Positions 10,721 to 19,539 of a DNA stretch of 64,000 nt are shown in pieces. Made by a program: the position numbers and the translations under genes. The stretch is from Actinomycetota bacterium. GTDB taxonomy: Bacteria; Actinomycetota; UBA4738. The stretch's first letter is position 1. Every line of letters begins with the position of its first letter. The stretch spans positions 12,825 to 76,824 of the forward strand of contig DASXTW010000160.1 of the NCBI GenBank assembly GCA_036505215.1, written 5' to 3'. The notes under the pieces are model-generated. The model made no database searches, was not told the DNA's origin, and was given only the letters and a program-made list of their open reading frames with translations.

Positions 10721-11238
10721 CCGGCGACCCCTCGTTTGTCCCGTCGCCAACCAATCGCCTGAACCGCGTAATGGGCGCCCGTGTACACGGTGAAAACCAG
10801 AGCGACGATGAGGGCTGCGAGCCTCAGCCCGTTCGCCCCGTCTCCGAGCGGCAAGATGTACAGGGTGATGGCCAGCAGCTGAAGGGTGGTCTTGACCTTG
10901 GCCGCGCGGGACGCCGGCAAGCTCCTCCCTTGGAGGCCGAGCACAACGCGGAGGAGAGAGATGGCCAGCTCGCGGGCGACCAGGATCGCCGCACCCCACG
11001 CAGGGAACTCGCCGAGCGCAGCCAGCGTGAGGACGGGGGCCGCCACCAGGATCTTGTCGGCCAGCGGGTCAAGCCAGATTCCAGTCCGGGTGGTGGAGTC
11101 ATACCGTCTGGCCAGGTATCCGTCGAGGCCATCGGTCGCTGCACCCACCACGAAGATGGTCGCTGCCAGGAACGAGGCAGAACGCTCACGGGCCAGGATC
11201 AGGATCACCAGAAAGGGCACGAGGAGCACTCGCAACAC
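10717..11238 (-). CDS. pgsA: CDP-diacylglycerol--glycerol-3-phosphate 3-phosphatidyltransferase
   Basis: Carries the CDP-alcohol phosphatidyltransferase motif DGLDGYLARR...D. The true start is probably upstream of 11238 (see finding). Confidence 0.9.
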   Translation of the reverse strand: MLRVLLVPFLVILILARERSASFLAATIFVVGAATDGLDGYLARRYDSTTRTGIWLDPLADKILVAAPVLTLAALGEFPAWGAAILVARELAISLLRVVLGLQGRSLPASRAAKVKTTLQLLAITLYILPLGDGANGLRLAALIVALVFTVYTGAHYAVQAIGWRRDKRGVAG

Positions 11239-11273
11239 CGAGACGATGTTGGGCCAGCCGAGCCCGAGGGGGG

Positions 11274-12008
11274 TCAGGGGCCGCTCGCGGATGGCGTCCC
11301 CCTGAAATCCTGAGGCCTGAACGTGGCAGTGTAGGGCTGGTCCTTCCTGCCGGGCCGCTTGAGATTGTGCCCGTTCACCGTCAGTGCGGTGGTCCCGCCG
11401 TGGTCGAGCTTCACCACAATCCTGGTGTTGCCTTCGAACGTACGTCCCTCCCCTGCCCGCAGTTCGAACGTTCGAGGCTTGTCGTTGTCCGTGCGGATGA
11501 TGGCGGTGACCGCTTCGTCCGCCCGGAGGACCACAGTCACGGTGGGGGGGAGGACGGGGATGGAGGCTTGCGGACCAGTCAGGTTCTCGGCTCGAGGCGC
11601 CCCTCTCGACCGTGCAAGCAATCCCACCGCGCTGAGAACCGCGAGCAGGAGGAGCGCCACCCCGATGAGGAAGGTCCAGCTCGGATGGTGCCGCACGAGC
11701 TGCGGAAGGTGTGGATGGCGCGGGCTCCTGATGGGAGCGGGCGTGGGGTCCGGTAGGAGCGGCCGAGGGCCCCCGAAGTGCTGGTTGTACACGGTGACGA
11801 CCTTGGTCGGGTCCAGCCCGAGATAGGAGGAATAGGAGCGAAGCATGCCGCGGACGTAGACGTCGCCTAGCAGAGCGTCGAACCGCTCCCGCTCGAGCGC
11901 CTGGAGGTACTCGGCGCGGATGCGGGTCTCCCGGCTGGCCTCCGCAATGGACTTCCCTCGAAGGAGCCGCGCCTTCCGGAGCGCCGGTCCGATCCCGATT
12001 CCCTGCAT
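11274..12008 (-). CDS. RodZ-like helix-turn-helix protein (HTH, TM helix, DUF4115-like C-terminus)
   Basis: N-terminal XRE-type HTH (LRKARLLRGKSIAEASRETRIRAEYLQALE), one TM helix and a beta-rich C-terminal domain. Confidence 0.75.
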   Translation of the reverse strand: MQGIGIGPALRKARLLRGKSIAEASRETRIRAEYLQALERERFDALLGDVYVRGMLRSYSSYLGLDPTKVVTVYNQHFGGPRPLLPDPTPAPIRSPRHPHLPQLVRHHPSWTFLIGVALLLLAVLSAVGLLARSRGAPRAENLTGPQASIPVLPPTVTVVLRADEAVTAIIRTDNDKPRTFELRAGEGRTFEGNTRIVVKLDHGGTTALTVNGHNLKRPGRKDQPYTATFRPQDFRGTPSASGP

Positions 12009-12087
12009 TCGCTCATAGTAGCCATGCGCCCCGCCGACCCGCCCCTCGTGGCCCCCTCTTCACGGCTCCGGCTCCGCTACAGTCGCG

Positions 12088-12573
12088 GTGATGGGCGAAG
12101 ATCAGGTGGTCGTGGTCGTGGAGATTCCGACGGGGTCCAGGAACAAGTACGAGTTCGACCACGAGCTGGGGGCCCTCGTCCTGGACAGGATGCTGTTCAC
12201 CGCCATGCGCTATCCCGCCGACTACGGTTACATCGAGGGAACGCTGGGTGAGGACGGTGACGCGCTCGACGCGCTGGTGTTCGTCGGCGAGCCTACCTTC
12301 CCGGGGTGCCGGATCCGGGCGCGGCCGGTGGGACTCTTCAAGATGTGGGACGAGAAGGGCTCTGATGAGAAGATCCTCTGCGTGCCTTTTCGCGACCCGA
12401 TGTGGTCGCATGTCGAGGACTTGGACGATCTGCTCCCGACGATGCGGGCCGAGGTGGAGCATTTCTTCGCCGTCTACAAGGACCTGGAGGGCAAGCCGAC
12501 GGGCACCGAGGGATTCGGCAGTCGCGAGGACGCCCTCGAGATCATCGCCGCAGCCCGCGCCCGCGCCTCGTGA
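12088..12573 (+). CDS. ppa: inorganic pyrophosphatase
   Basis: 161 aa. VVEIPTGSRNKYEFD...YPADYGYI...DGDALDALV is a family I PPase signature. Confidence 0.95.
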   Translation: MMGEDQVVVVVEIPTGSRNKYEFDHELGALVLDRMLFTAMRYPADYGYIEGTLGEDGDALDALVFVGEPTFPGCRIRARPVGLFKMWDEKGSDEKILCVPFRDPMWSHVEDLDDLLPTMRAEVEHFFAVYKDLEGKPTGTEGFGSREDALEIIAAARARAS

Positions 12574-12761
12574 CGGGGGCACGCTCAGCTCCGGGCGACG
12601 TGGGCTGGATCATCTGGCGGAGGCAGCGCTAGCCGGGGTTTTGTCACTCTTTTTGGTGGCGCAACACCTCTGCCGCTGGACAGCGACAGGGTGGGTCGAA
12701 TATCTTCCGCGCGTCACGAAGCAAGGCCGGGTCTTCGGACTCGGATGAGCGGAGTGACGGA

Positions 12762-12796
12762 GGGAGCGAGCCTTCGGGTTCGCTCCCTTCTATTTT
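12762..12796 (+). terminator. intrinsic terminator about 190 nt downstream of ppa
   Basis: GGGAGCGAGCC-TTCG-GGTTCGCTCCC (11-bp stem, UUCG loop) is followed by TTCTATTTT. Confidence 0.7.
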
Positions 12797-12820
12797 CCCG
12801 GGAATGGGTGAGGAAGACGT

Positions 12821-15073
12821 TCAGCGAACCCGGGTTCGACTCTCCTCCCACTCTTCCCACGTCAGGAGGACGTCCCGGGCTTTGGAGCCCTGGCTGGGGC
12901 CGACGAGCCCTCTCTCCTCCATGAGGTCCATCAGCCGGCCGGCTCGGGCGAACCCCACCTTGAGCTTGCGCTGGAGCATCGAGGTCGATCCGAGCTGGGA
13001 CCGGATCACCAGCTCGGCGGCCTGCTCGAGTAGCTCGTCGTCGTCCCCCAGGCCGTCCTCGTCGTCGGTGGCCGGCCGGCCCATTCCCTCAACGGTGACC
13101 GCGTACTCAGGCTGACGCTGCTTCCGGCACCAGTCGACGACGCCTTCGATCTCCTTCTCCGTCACCCACGCGCCCTGGATCCGAACGGCCTTGGACACGT
13201 TGGCCGGTTGGAACAGCATGTCGCCGTGACCGACCAATTTCTCGGCCCCGCCCACATCGAGGATGACGCGGGAGTCTGCCTGGGACGCGGTCATGAAGGC
13301 GATCCGCGAAGGGATGTTGGCCTTGATCAGCCCAGTGACCACATCCACGCTCGGCCGCTGTGTGGCCACCACCAGGTGGATGCCCACCGCCCGGGCCATC
13401 TGGGCGATCCGGCAAATGGCGTCCTCCACGTCGCGAGGCGCCACCATCATCAGGTCGGCCAGCTCGTCGATGACCACCAGGATCCACGGGAGCCGCCCGA
13501 AGTTGGCCTCCTGCCCGGGCGGGATACGGAGCGTCCCCTCCATGTGCGCGGCGTTGTACGTGTCGATGTCTCGCATGCCCACGCCGGCCAGCGACTCGTA
13601 GCGAGTCTCCATCTCCCGGACCACCCAGGCGAGGGACTCGGCGGCCTTCTTCGGCTGGACGATCACGGGCATCAGCAGGTGGGGCAAGTCTCCGAAGTGG
13701 GACAGCTCCACCCGCTTGGGGTCGATCAGCACCACCTTCACCTCGTCCGGGGTGGTTCGCATGAGGACCGAGGTGACGAACGTGTTGATGAGCGATGACT
13801 TGCCGGCGCCGGTGGCCCCCGCGATGAGCAGGTGGGGCATCTCGGCCAGGTTGACCAGGACGGCCCGGCCGTGCACGTCCTTGCCCAGCCCGACGAACAG
13901 CGGCCTGGTCACCTCCCGGGCCGCCTTGGAGGCAAGGACGTCTCCCAGCATGACGAAGTCCCTCACCTTGTTAGGGACCTCGACGCCGATGGCCGACTTG
14001 CCGGGGATGGGTGCGATGATCCGCACGTCGGGAGTGGCCAGCGCGTAGGCGATGTCGTCGGCCAGGGACAGCACCCGGTTGACCTTGGTCCCTGCCTCCA
14101 CCTCGACCTCGTACATGGTCACGGTGGGTCCTCGATGGGACGCGCCCACCTTGGCCGCGACCCCGAAGTTTCGGAACGTCCGCTCCAGGGCCGCCATGGT
14201 GTGCTCGGCGTCCCGGGCATCGGTCGGCGTGGCCGGAGCTCGTCTGAGGAGCTCGAGCGGCGGCAGCTTGTAGCCGTTGCCGCGGGCCGTGAGCGGGAGG
14301 CGGACCTGTTTCGGCTCGCCCATCACGCCGGGCTCAGGCATCGCCGGGGCGATGTCGGCAAACGATTCGGGATTCTCCTTCGGGCGGCGCTGGCGCCGGG
14401 TCCTGCGTGCCCCGACCTCCTGTTCGTCCTCGCCCGGCACCGAGGGAGGTCCCACCAGGACCCACCGAAGCGCCCTCCCCACAGCCACCAGCGGGGTCGC
14501 CGTGAAGACCATGACGCCGAGCACGGCGAGTCCCAGGAATACGACGGTTGCGCCGTACGGCGAGACCACACTCGACAGCGGACGGGCTACGACGGCGCCG
14601 AGCACACCTCCGGCCGAGCTGACAGCCTTGTATCCGTCACCCGGGGCCGGATTCCCCTGACCCAGCGAGAAGAGCCCGAGGATGCCAAGCGACCCGATGA
14701 CCAAGCCCACCAGCATCCTGCCGCGGTCGTCCTCGGCGGTCCCCCGAAGGAGGAGGAGGGCCCAGTAGGCGGCGACGACAGGGAGGGCATAGGCGGGAAG
14801 CCCGAGCAGCCCCTTCGCCCCCACTCGGAGGAGCCCCCCGAACGGCCCCGCCGAATCCAGCCACATCCCCAGGATGGCCAGCAGGGCCAGGATGATCAGG
14901 GTCACGCCGAGGACGTCTGCGGCTCTCGGTGACAGATGCCGGGCGATCTTCGACCCAGCCTTCCGAAGGGGCCTGACGCCGGAGCGCTTGGCGTTGCCGG
15001 AGGAACGGCGGGACGTGCGTCGTCCAGAGGCTCGCGCCTTCGTCCTCGACCTCGATCTCTTCCTGGTCGCCAT
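12821..15073 (-). CDS. ftsK: DNA translocase FtsK
   Basis: 750 aa with a basic N-terminus, TM helices, the motor domain (Walker A GATGAGKS) and a gamma domain at the C-terminus. Confidence 0.95.
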   Translation of the reverse strand: MATRKRSRSRTKARASGRRTSRRSSGNAKRSGVRPLRKAGSKIARHLSPRAADVLGVTLIILALLAILGMWLDSAGPFGGLLRVGAKGLLGLPAYALPVVAAYWALLLLRGTAEDDRGRMLVGLVIGSLGILGLFSLGQGNPAPGDGYKAVSSAGGVLGAVVARPLSSVVSPYGATVVFLGLAVLGVMVFTATPLVAVGRALRWVLVGPPSVPGEDEQEVGARRTRRQRRPKENPESFADIAPAMPEPGVMGEPKQVRLPLTARGNGYKLPPLELLRRAPATPTDARDAEHTMAALERTFRNFGVAAKVGASHRGPTVTMYEVEVEAGTKVNRVLSLADDIAYALATPDVRIIAPIPGKSAIGVEVPNKVRDFVMLGDVLASKAAREVTRPLFVGLGKDVHGRAVLVNLAEMPHLLIAGATGAGKSSLINTFVTSVLMRTTPDEVKVVLIDPKRVELSHFGDLPHLLMPVIVQPKKAAESLAWVVREMETRYESLAGVGMRDIDTYNAAHMEGTLRIPPGQEANFGRLPWILVVIDELADLMMVAPRDVEDAICRIAQMARAVGIHLVVATQRPSVDVVTGLIKANIPSRIAFMTASQADSRVILDVGGAEKLVGHGDMLFQPANVSKAVRIQGAWVTEKEIEGVVDWCRKQRQPEYAVTVEGMGRPATDDEDGLGDDDELLEQAAELVIRSQLGSTSMLQRKLKVGFARAGRLMDLMEERGLVGPSQGSKARDVLLTWEEWEESRTRVR

Positions 15074-15082
15074 CGCTCTCCT

Positions 15083-16765
15083 CTACACCTCCATGACCAC
15101 CGGCACGATCACGGGCTTACGCTTCGTGGTTTCCATGAAGTACCGGCGAAGCGCCGTGCGGATGTGCTCGCGCAACATCCTCGGATCCGTGACCCCCTGT
15201 CCGGCACTCTCTTTCAAGGTCACCAGGATGCGATGGCGAGCCTCTTCGAGGATGGCCTCGGCGGGTTCCTCGACCACCCCCCGATCGATGATGTCCGGCC
15301 CGGCCAGAACGTCGCCTGAGTGCGCGTCTACGGTGACCACCACCACGACGATCCCGTCTCCAGCCAGCTTGCGCCGGTCCCGGAGCACCACCTCGCCGAC
15401 GTCGCCGATCCCGACACCGTCGACGAAGGTCATCCCAGCGGTGATGCGTTCGCCGCGGTGGAGCGCCTCGCCGATCTGAACCGTGTCGCCGTCCTCGCAG
15501 ATCAAGATGCGGTCTTGTGGGATGCCCACCTCCCTGGCCAGCCGGGCATGATGCGCCAGGTGACGGAGCTCACCGTGCACGGGGATGAACCAGCGAGGGC
15601 GGACCAGGTTCAGCATGAACTTCAGCTCTTCAGCGGCAGCGTGGCCGGAGACGTGCACGGGCGCTATGGGCACGTGATAGACGTCCGCGCCGGTCCGGTA
15701 CAGCCCGTCGATGGTCCGGTGGATCGCGGTCTCGTTGCCCGGGATCACGGAGGACGACAGGATCACGGTGTCGCCCGGTTCGAGGGTGATCCACTTGTGC
15801 TCGCGGGCGGCCATCAGCGAGAGAGCCGACAGAGGCTCCCCCTGTGAGCCCGTGCAGCACACCACGACCTCGGTCGGGTCCATGCGCTCCACGTCCTCGA
15901 TGAGGACGATCTGCTCCTCGGGTACGTCCAGGTATCCCAGCGCCCTGGCTGCGCCGACGCTCTGGTGCATGCTCCGGCCGAGGAACGCGACCTTTCTCCC
16001 GGCCATCCGAGCGGCGTTTACCACCTGCTGCATGCGATGGATGTGGCTGGCGAAGCACGCCACCACCACCAACCGGCGGGCATCCCGGATGATGTCCCGC
16101 AGGACAGGGCCGACCAGGCGCTCGCTCCCGGTGTTCCCGGGATCCTCGGCGTTGGTGGAGTCCGACAGGAACAGGTGCACGCCTTTGCGGGCCTCCTCGG
16201 CGATGCCCTGGAGATCGGTGGTGCGGCCGTCGATCGGCGTCGGGTCCAACTTGAAGTCGCCCGAGTGCAGGAGGATGCCGGCCGGCAGGTCGATGGCAAC
16301 CGCGCAGCCATCGGGGATCGAGTGAGACACCCGGTGGAACCGAAGGGTGAACGGACCGGTCCTCACCTCCTGGCCCGGCGCCACCTCGTGGAACTCGGCC
16401 CGGTCACGAACCCTGTGCTCCTCGAGCTTGCCATCGAGCAGGGCCAGGGTGAGCTTCGTCGCATAGATCGGCAGGGAGAACTCTCGGAGCAGATAGGGCA
16501 GGGAGCCCACATGGTCCTCGTGGCCGTGCGTCAGGACGACGGCGTGCACCCGGTCCCGGTGCTCCCGTAGGTAGGTGAAGTCGGGAAGCACGAGATCGAT
16601 GCCCGGCATCTCCACCTCGGGGAAAGACAGGCCAGCGTCGATCACGAGGATGCGCCCCTCCAATTCGAGAGCGGCCATGTTCCGGCCCACCTCTCCGACG
16701 CCACCCAGGAACACCAGGCGCGGATCTCTCTGGCTCGGGGCCGGGATCGAGGCGACGTCCGCCAT
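15083..16765 (-). CDS. rnj: ribonuclease J
   Basis: 560 aa with the metallo-beta-lactamase motif HGHEDHVG plus a beta-CASP layout. The N-terminus is typical of RNase J. Confidence 0.95.
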   Translation of the reverse strand: MADVASIPAPSQRDPRLVFLGGVGEVGRNMAALELEGRILVIDAGLSFPEVEMPGIDLVLPDFTYLREHRDRVHAVVLTHGHEDHVGSLPYLLREFSLPIYATKLTLALLDGKLEEHRVRDRAEFHEVAPGQEVRTGPFTLRFHRVSHSIPDGCAVAIDLPAGILLHSGDFKLDPTPIDGRTTDLQGIAEEARKGVHLFLSDSTNAEDPGNTGSERLVGPVLRDIIRDARRLVVVACFASHIHRMQQVVNAARMAGRKVAFLGRSMHQSVGAARALGYLDVPEEQIVLIEDVERMDPTEVVVCCTGSQGEPLSALSLMAAREHKWITLEPGDTVILSSSVIPGNETAIHRTIDGLYRTGADVYHVPIAPVHVSGHAAAEELKFMLNLVRPRWFIPVHGELRHLAHHARLAREVGIPQDRILICEDGDTVQIGEALHRGERITAGMTFVDGVGIGDVGEVVLRDRRKLAGDGIVVVVVTVDAHSGDVLAGPDIIDRGVVEEPAEAILEEARHRILVTLKESAGQGVTDPRMLREHIRTALRRYFMETTKRKPVIVPVVMEV

Positions 16766-16777
16766 CCTTGGGGAAGG

Positions 16778-17662
16778 TCAGACCACTCCGGCTTCCCGCA
16801 TGGCCTGCTCGATCTTCGTCCGCTCCTCGGGCGTGGCCTCCACCAGCGGAAGCCGGGGCGGCCCGACCGGGCGGCCCGCGATCTCCAGGGCGGCCTTGAC
16901 GGGAATGGGGTTCGAGGTGATGAACAGCCCCTTGAACAGGGGCAGGAGCCGGGCGTGGATCTTCCACGCGCTGGTGACGTCGCCACTCGTGGCCAGGTCG
17001 ACCATCTCCTTGACCTCTCGTCCCACCAGGTGAGAGGCAACGGAGACAATGCCCGCGGCCCCCATGCACACGAGAGGGAAGGTCGCCCAGTCGTCGCCGG
17101 AGTACAGGTCGAAGTCGTCCGGCGTGTCGCTGATGATCCGGCCGGCCGTCTGGAAGTCGCCCGTGGAGTCCTTTACCCCCACGATGTTGTCGACCTCGGC
17201 CAGGCGGAGCAGCGTGTCCGCCTCGATCAGCGTGGCCGTCCGGCCCGGGATGTTGTAGAGGATCACGGGAAGATCGGTGGACTCAGCGACCTTGGTGAAG
17301 TGGGCGATCAGCCCCCGTTGAGGCGGCTTGTTGTAGTAGGGCGTAACGACCAGCGCGGCATCGGCACCGGCCTCCTCGGCCTGCTTGGTGAGTTCGACGC
17401 TCTCCGCCGTGTCGTAGGTGCCGGTGTTGCACCACACGTTTCCTCGTCCACTCGCCGCCTCGACGACCGCCCGCAACAGTCGGTCCTTCTCCTCGTGGGT
17501 GACGGTGGGACCCTCACCCGTCGAGCCGGCCACGAGCAACGTGTCCGACCCGTTGTCGAGCAAGTAGGTGGCAAGCGCCTGGGCCCCTTCCAGGTCCAGG
17601 GTGAAGTCATCGCGAAACGGCGTCACCATCGCCGTGACGACCGAACCGAACCTCCTGGCCAT
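16778..17662 (-). CDS. dapA: 4-hydroxy-tetrahydrodipicolinate synthase
   Basis: The DapA sequence begins at MARRFGSVVTAMVTPF (ATG 17662, SD GAAGGAGG). The track extension to 17974 crosses a repeat and a promoter-like region. Confidence 0.93.
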   Translation of the reverse strand: MARRFGSVVTAMVTPFRDDFTLDLEGAQALATYLLDNGSDTLLVAGSTGEGPTVTHEEKDRLLRAVVEAASGRGNVWCNTGTYDTAESVELTKQAEEAGADAALVVTPYYNKPPQRGLIAHFTKVAESTDLPVILYNIPGRTATLIEADTLLRLAEVDNIVGVKDSTGDFQTAGRIISDTPDDFDLYSGDDWATFPLVCMGAAGIVSVASHLVGREVKEMVDLATSGDVTSAWKIHARLLPLFKGLFITSNPIPVKAALEIAGRPVGPPRLPLVEATPEERTKIEQAMREAGVV

Positions 17663-17819
17663 GCTGACCACCTCCTTCTCGTTGCTCAGGCAGCGTACTC
17701 CGGAAAAGCATCCGAGGCCGCCATCTGGAGCGCGAGGTGAGGCCGTACTCCGGGCGGGAGGCCGAGCCCCGGTCAGGCGTCCTGCCTTGCTCGGCCCCCT
17801 GCCCCTGGGAGTGCGCCAA

Positions 17820-17848
17820 ACTCTAGCGCGTTGCACAAAGATTAACAA
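17820..17848 (-). promoter_or_regulatory. candidate dapA promoter (TTGTTA-17 nt-TAGAGT)
   Basis: The hexamers were read on the minus strand inside the only AT-rich patch of the dapA/adenosyltransferase divergent spacer. Confidence 0.3.
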
Positions 17849-17884
17849 GCGCCACATGGGCCACATGTGCAACTCGTTGCTCAT

Positions 17885-17973
17885 GGGGGGTCCTGAAGGG
17901 TAGCGACAACGAGCGCGGGGGGTCCAGGGGGGCAGCAGCCCCGCGAGCACAGCGAGCGGATCAGGCTGCTGCA
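17885..17973 (-). repeat. GC-rich interspersed hairpin repeat, copy A (one full unit plus one partial tandem unit)
   Basis: The minus-strand sequence tgcagcagcctgatccgctcgctgtgctcgcggggctgctgCCCCCCTGGACCCCCC is followed by gcgctcgttgtcgctaCCCTTCAGGACCCCCC. It is near-identical to the blocks at 26041 and 62945. Confidence 0.75.
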
Positions 17974-18048
17974 CTCCCCCTGGCGATGAGGACGATCCGA
18001 AGGATCGGGCTCATCGGGAAGATTGAGGCCGGTCGCTATCCTTGCCGG

Positions 18049-18600
18049 GTGAGGATCTATACGAAGACCGGCGACGACGGCACTACCGGGCTCCTGTACG
18101 GGGGAAGGATCTCCAAGGCCGATCACGCCGCCGAGGCCTATGGCAGCGTCGACGAGGCCGTGGCGGCCCTGGGCCTCGCCCGGGGCCTGGCCGGTTCGTA
18201 CTCGGAGATCTCCTCGGTCATCCTCGGCCTGCAACGGGAGCTCTTCGTGGTGGGCGCGGATCTGGCAACGAATCCCGACGAGCGCCACAAGCTCAAGGCT
18301 GGAACGTCGCTCGTCACCAGCGAGATGGTCGAGGCGCTGGAGCGCCGCATCGACGAGGCGGTCGAGGAGCACCCCCTCCCGGGTGAATTCATCGTGCCGG
18401 GGGCCAACCCGGTATCGGCGGCCCTGGACATCGCTCGAACGGCAGTCAGGCGAGCGGAACGACGGGCGGTGGAGATGAAGGAGGCAGGGAAGACGGTGAG
18501 CCCGGACGCCCTCAAATACCTGAACCGGCTCTCCGATCTGCTGTTCGTCCTGGCCAGAGCGGAGGCCGGCGGCCCCGAGGAGCCAAGCCGCATCCGTTAG
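18049..18600 (+). CDS. ATP:cob(I)alamin adenosyltransferase, PduO type
   Basis: VRIYTKTGDDGTTGL is a canonical PduO-type N-terminus. I prefer GTG 18049 over the track start at 17986. Confidence 0.85.
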   Translation: MRIYTKTGDDGTTGLLYGGRISKADHAAEAYGSVDEAVAALGLARGLAGSYSEISSVILGLQRELFVVGADLATNPDERHKLKAGTSLVTSEMVEALERRIDEAVEEHPLPGEFIVPGANPVSAALDIARTAVRRAERRAVEMKEAGKTVSPDALKYLNRLSDLLFVLARAEAGGPEEPSRIR

Positions 18601-18693
18601 AGATCCTCGGCGAGCGTCTCCTCACTCGACGAAGACCGCCCGCACGGTCATCGCGTCATCGCTACGATCGACCCACACACGTCAGGGGGTGGC

Positions 18694-19011
18694 ATGGTGC
18701 GCGTTCACATCTGGGTGCGCAAGAAGGACGGGATGTCTCCGGAGGACTTCCGAGACCATTGGCTGACGAAGCACGCTCCGATCGCTCGAGAGGGTTACGA
18801 GCATCTCCAGGGCTACACGGTCGACCTCGTGACCAGGGTCCCAGAGGGTCAGGACGCGCCGTACGACGGAGTGGCGGTCCTGACCTGGGAGGACCGCGAT
18901 GGATTCAAGGCCGACATGGCAAGCGAGGCGGCCAAGCAGGGCACGGACGATTTCGGTAACTTCGCCGACGGCTTCGGCCTGCTCTTCGTGGAGGAACATG
19001 TCGTCAAGTAG
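18694..19011 (+). CDS. EthD domain protein
   Basis: 105 aa. VRVHIWVRKKDGMSPEDFRDHWLTKHAPI and the overall size fit the EthD family as I recall it. Confidence 0.7.
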   Translation: MVRVHIWVRKKDGMSPEDFRDHWLTKHAPIAREGYEHLQGYTVDLVTRVPEGQDAPYDGVAVLTWEDRDGFKADMASEAAKQGTDDFGNFADGFGLLFVEEHVVK

Positions 19012-19044
19012 CCTTACCAAGTGCTCTGAGAGAAGGAGCGACCC

Positions 19045-19488
19045 ATGCCGATGACCCGTGAAGAGATCGACGAGTTCCTGGGCGCGCCACGCCTGTGCCA
19101 CTTCGTCACCGTCGACGATCAGGGCCAGCCTCGAGTCCGGCCCCTCTGGTACCTGTGGCGGAACGGAGAGTTCCTCTTCACCACCCGCATGGAGGCTCGC
19201 CACACGGGCCGGGACCTGATGGCCAACCCTCGGGTCGCGGTGTCGGTCGCCTCTGAGGATCGCCCCTACCGTGCCGTGATCGCGCACGGCCGACCCGATC
19301 TGCTGGACAAGGACGAGGAGCTGCTACTGGCCATCTCGACACGTTACGGCGACCAGGAAGGCCGAAGGTGGACGGCCAGGGCCATGAACGAGCCGGATCG
19401 AGTCCTGCTCAGGATCATCCCCGAGGCCCTCCTGACCTGGGACTATCGCAGGGAGAGCACGGACTCGCCGAAGCGCACCCAGCTGTAG
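19045..19488 (+). CDS. PPOX-class (pyridoxamine 5'-phosphate oxidase-like, probably F420-dependent) oxidoreductase
   Basis: 147 aa. EIDEFLGAPRLCHFVTVDDQGQPRVRPLWY is a typical split-barrel N-terminus. Confidence 0.7.
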   Translation: MPMTREEIDEFLGAPRLCHFVTVDDQGQPRVRPLWYLWRNGEFLFTTRMEARHTGRDLMANPRVAVSVASEDRPYRAVIAHGRPDLLDKDEELLLAISTRYGDQEGRRWTARAMNEPDRVLLRIIPEALLTWDYRRESTDSPKRTQL

Positions 19489-19539
19489 CTCCCTAAAGCC
19501 CCTCCCTTGATTCCGGGGGATGGCAGACTGGATGGCCGC

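Noticed and set aside
12680-12705. tRNA-like T-loop string gggtcgaatat downstream of ppa.
   Set aside because: No complementary T-stem, acceptor stem or anticodon arm can be drawn around it.
17663-17819. Lysine riboswitch upstream of dapA. Also a T-box upstream of proS (39703-39937).
   Set aside because: I could not find the conserved L-box or T-box core sequences (specifier/T-box motif). This needs a covariance-model scan to be sure.
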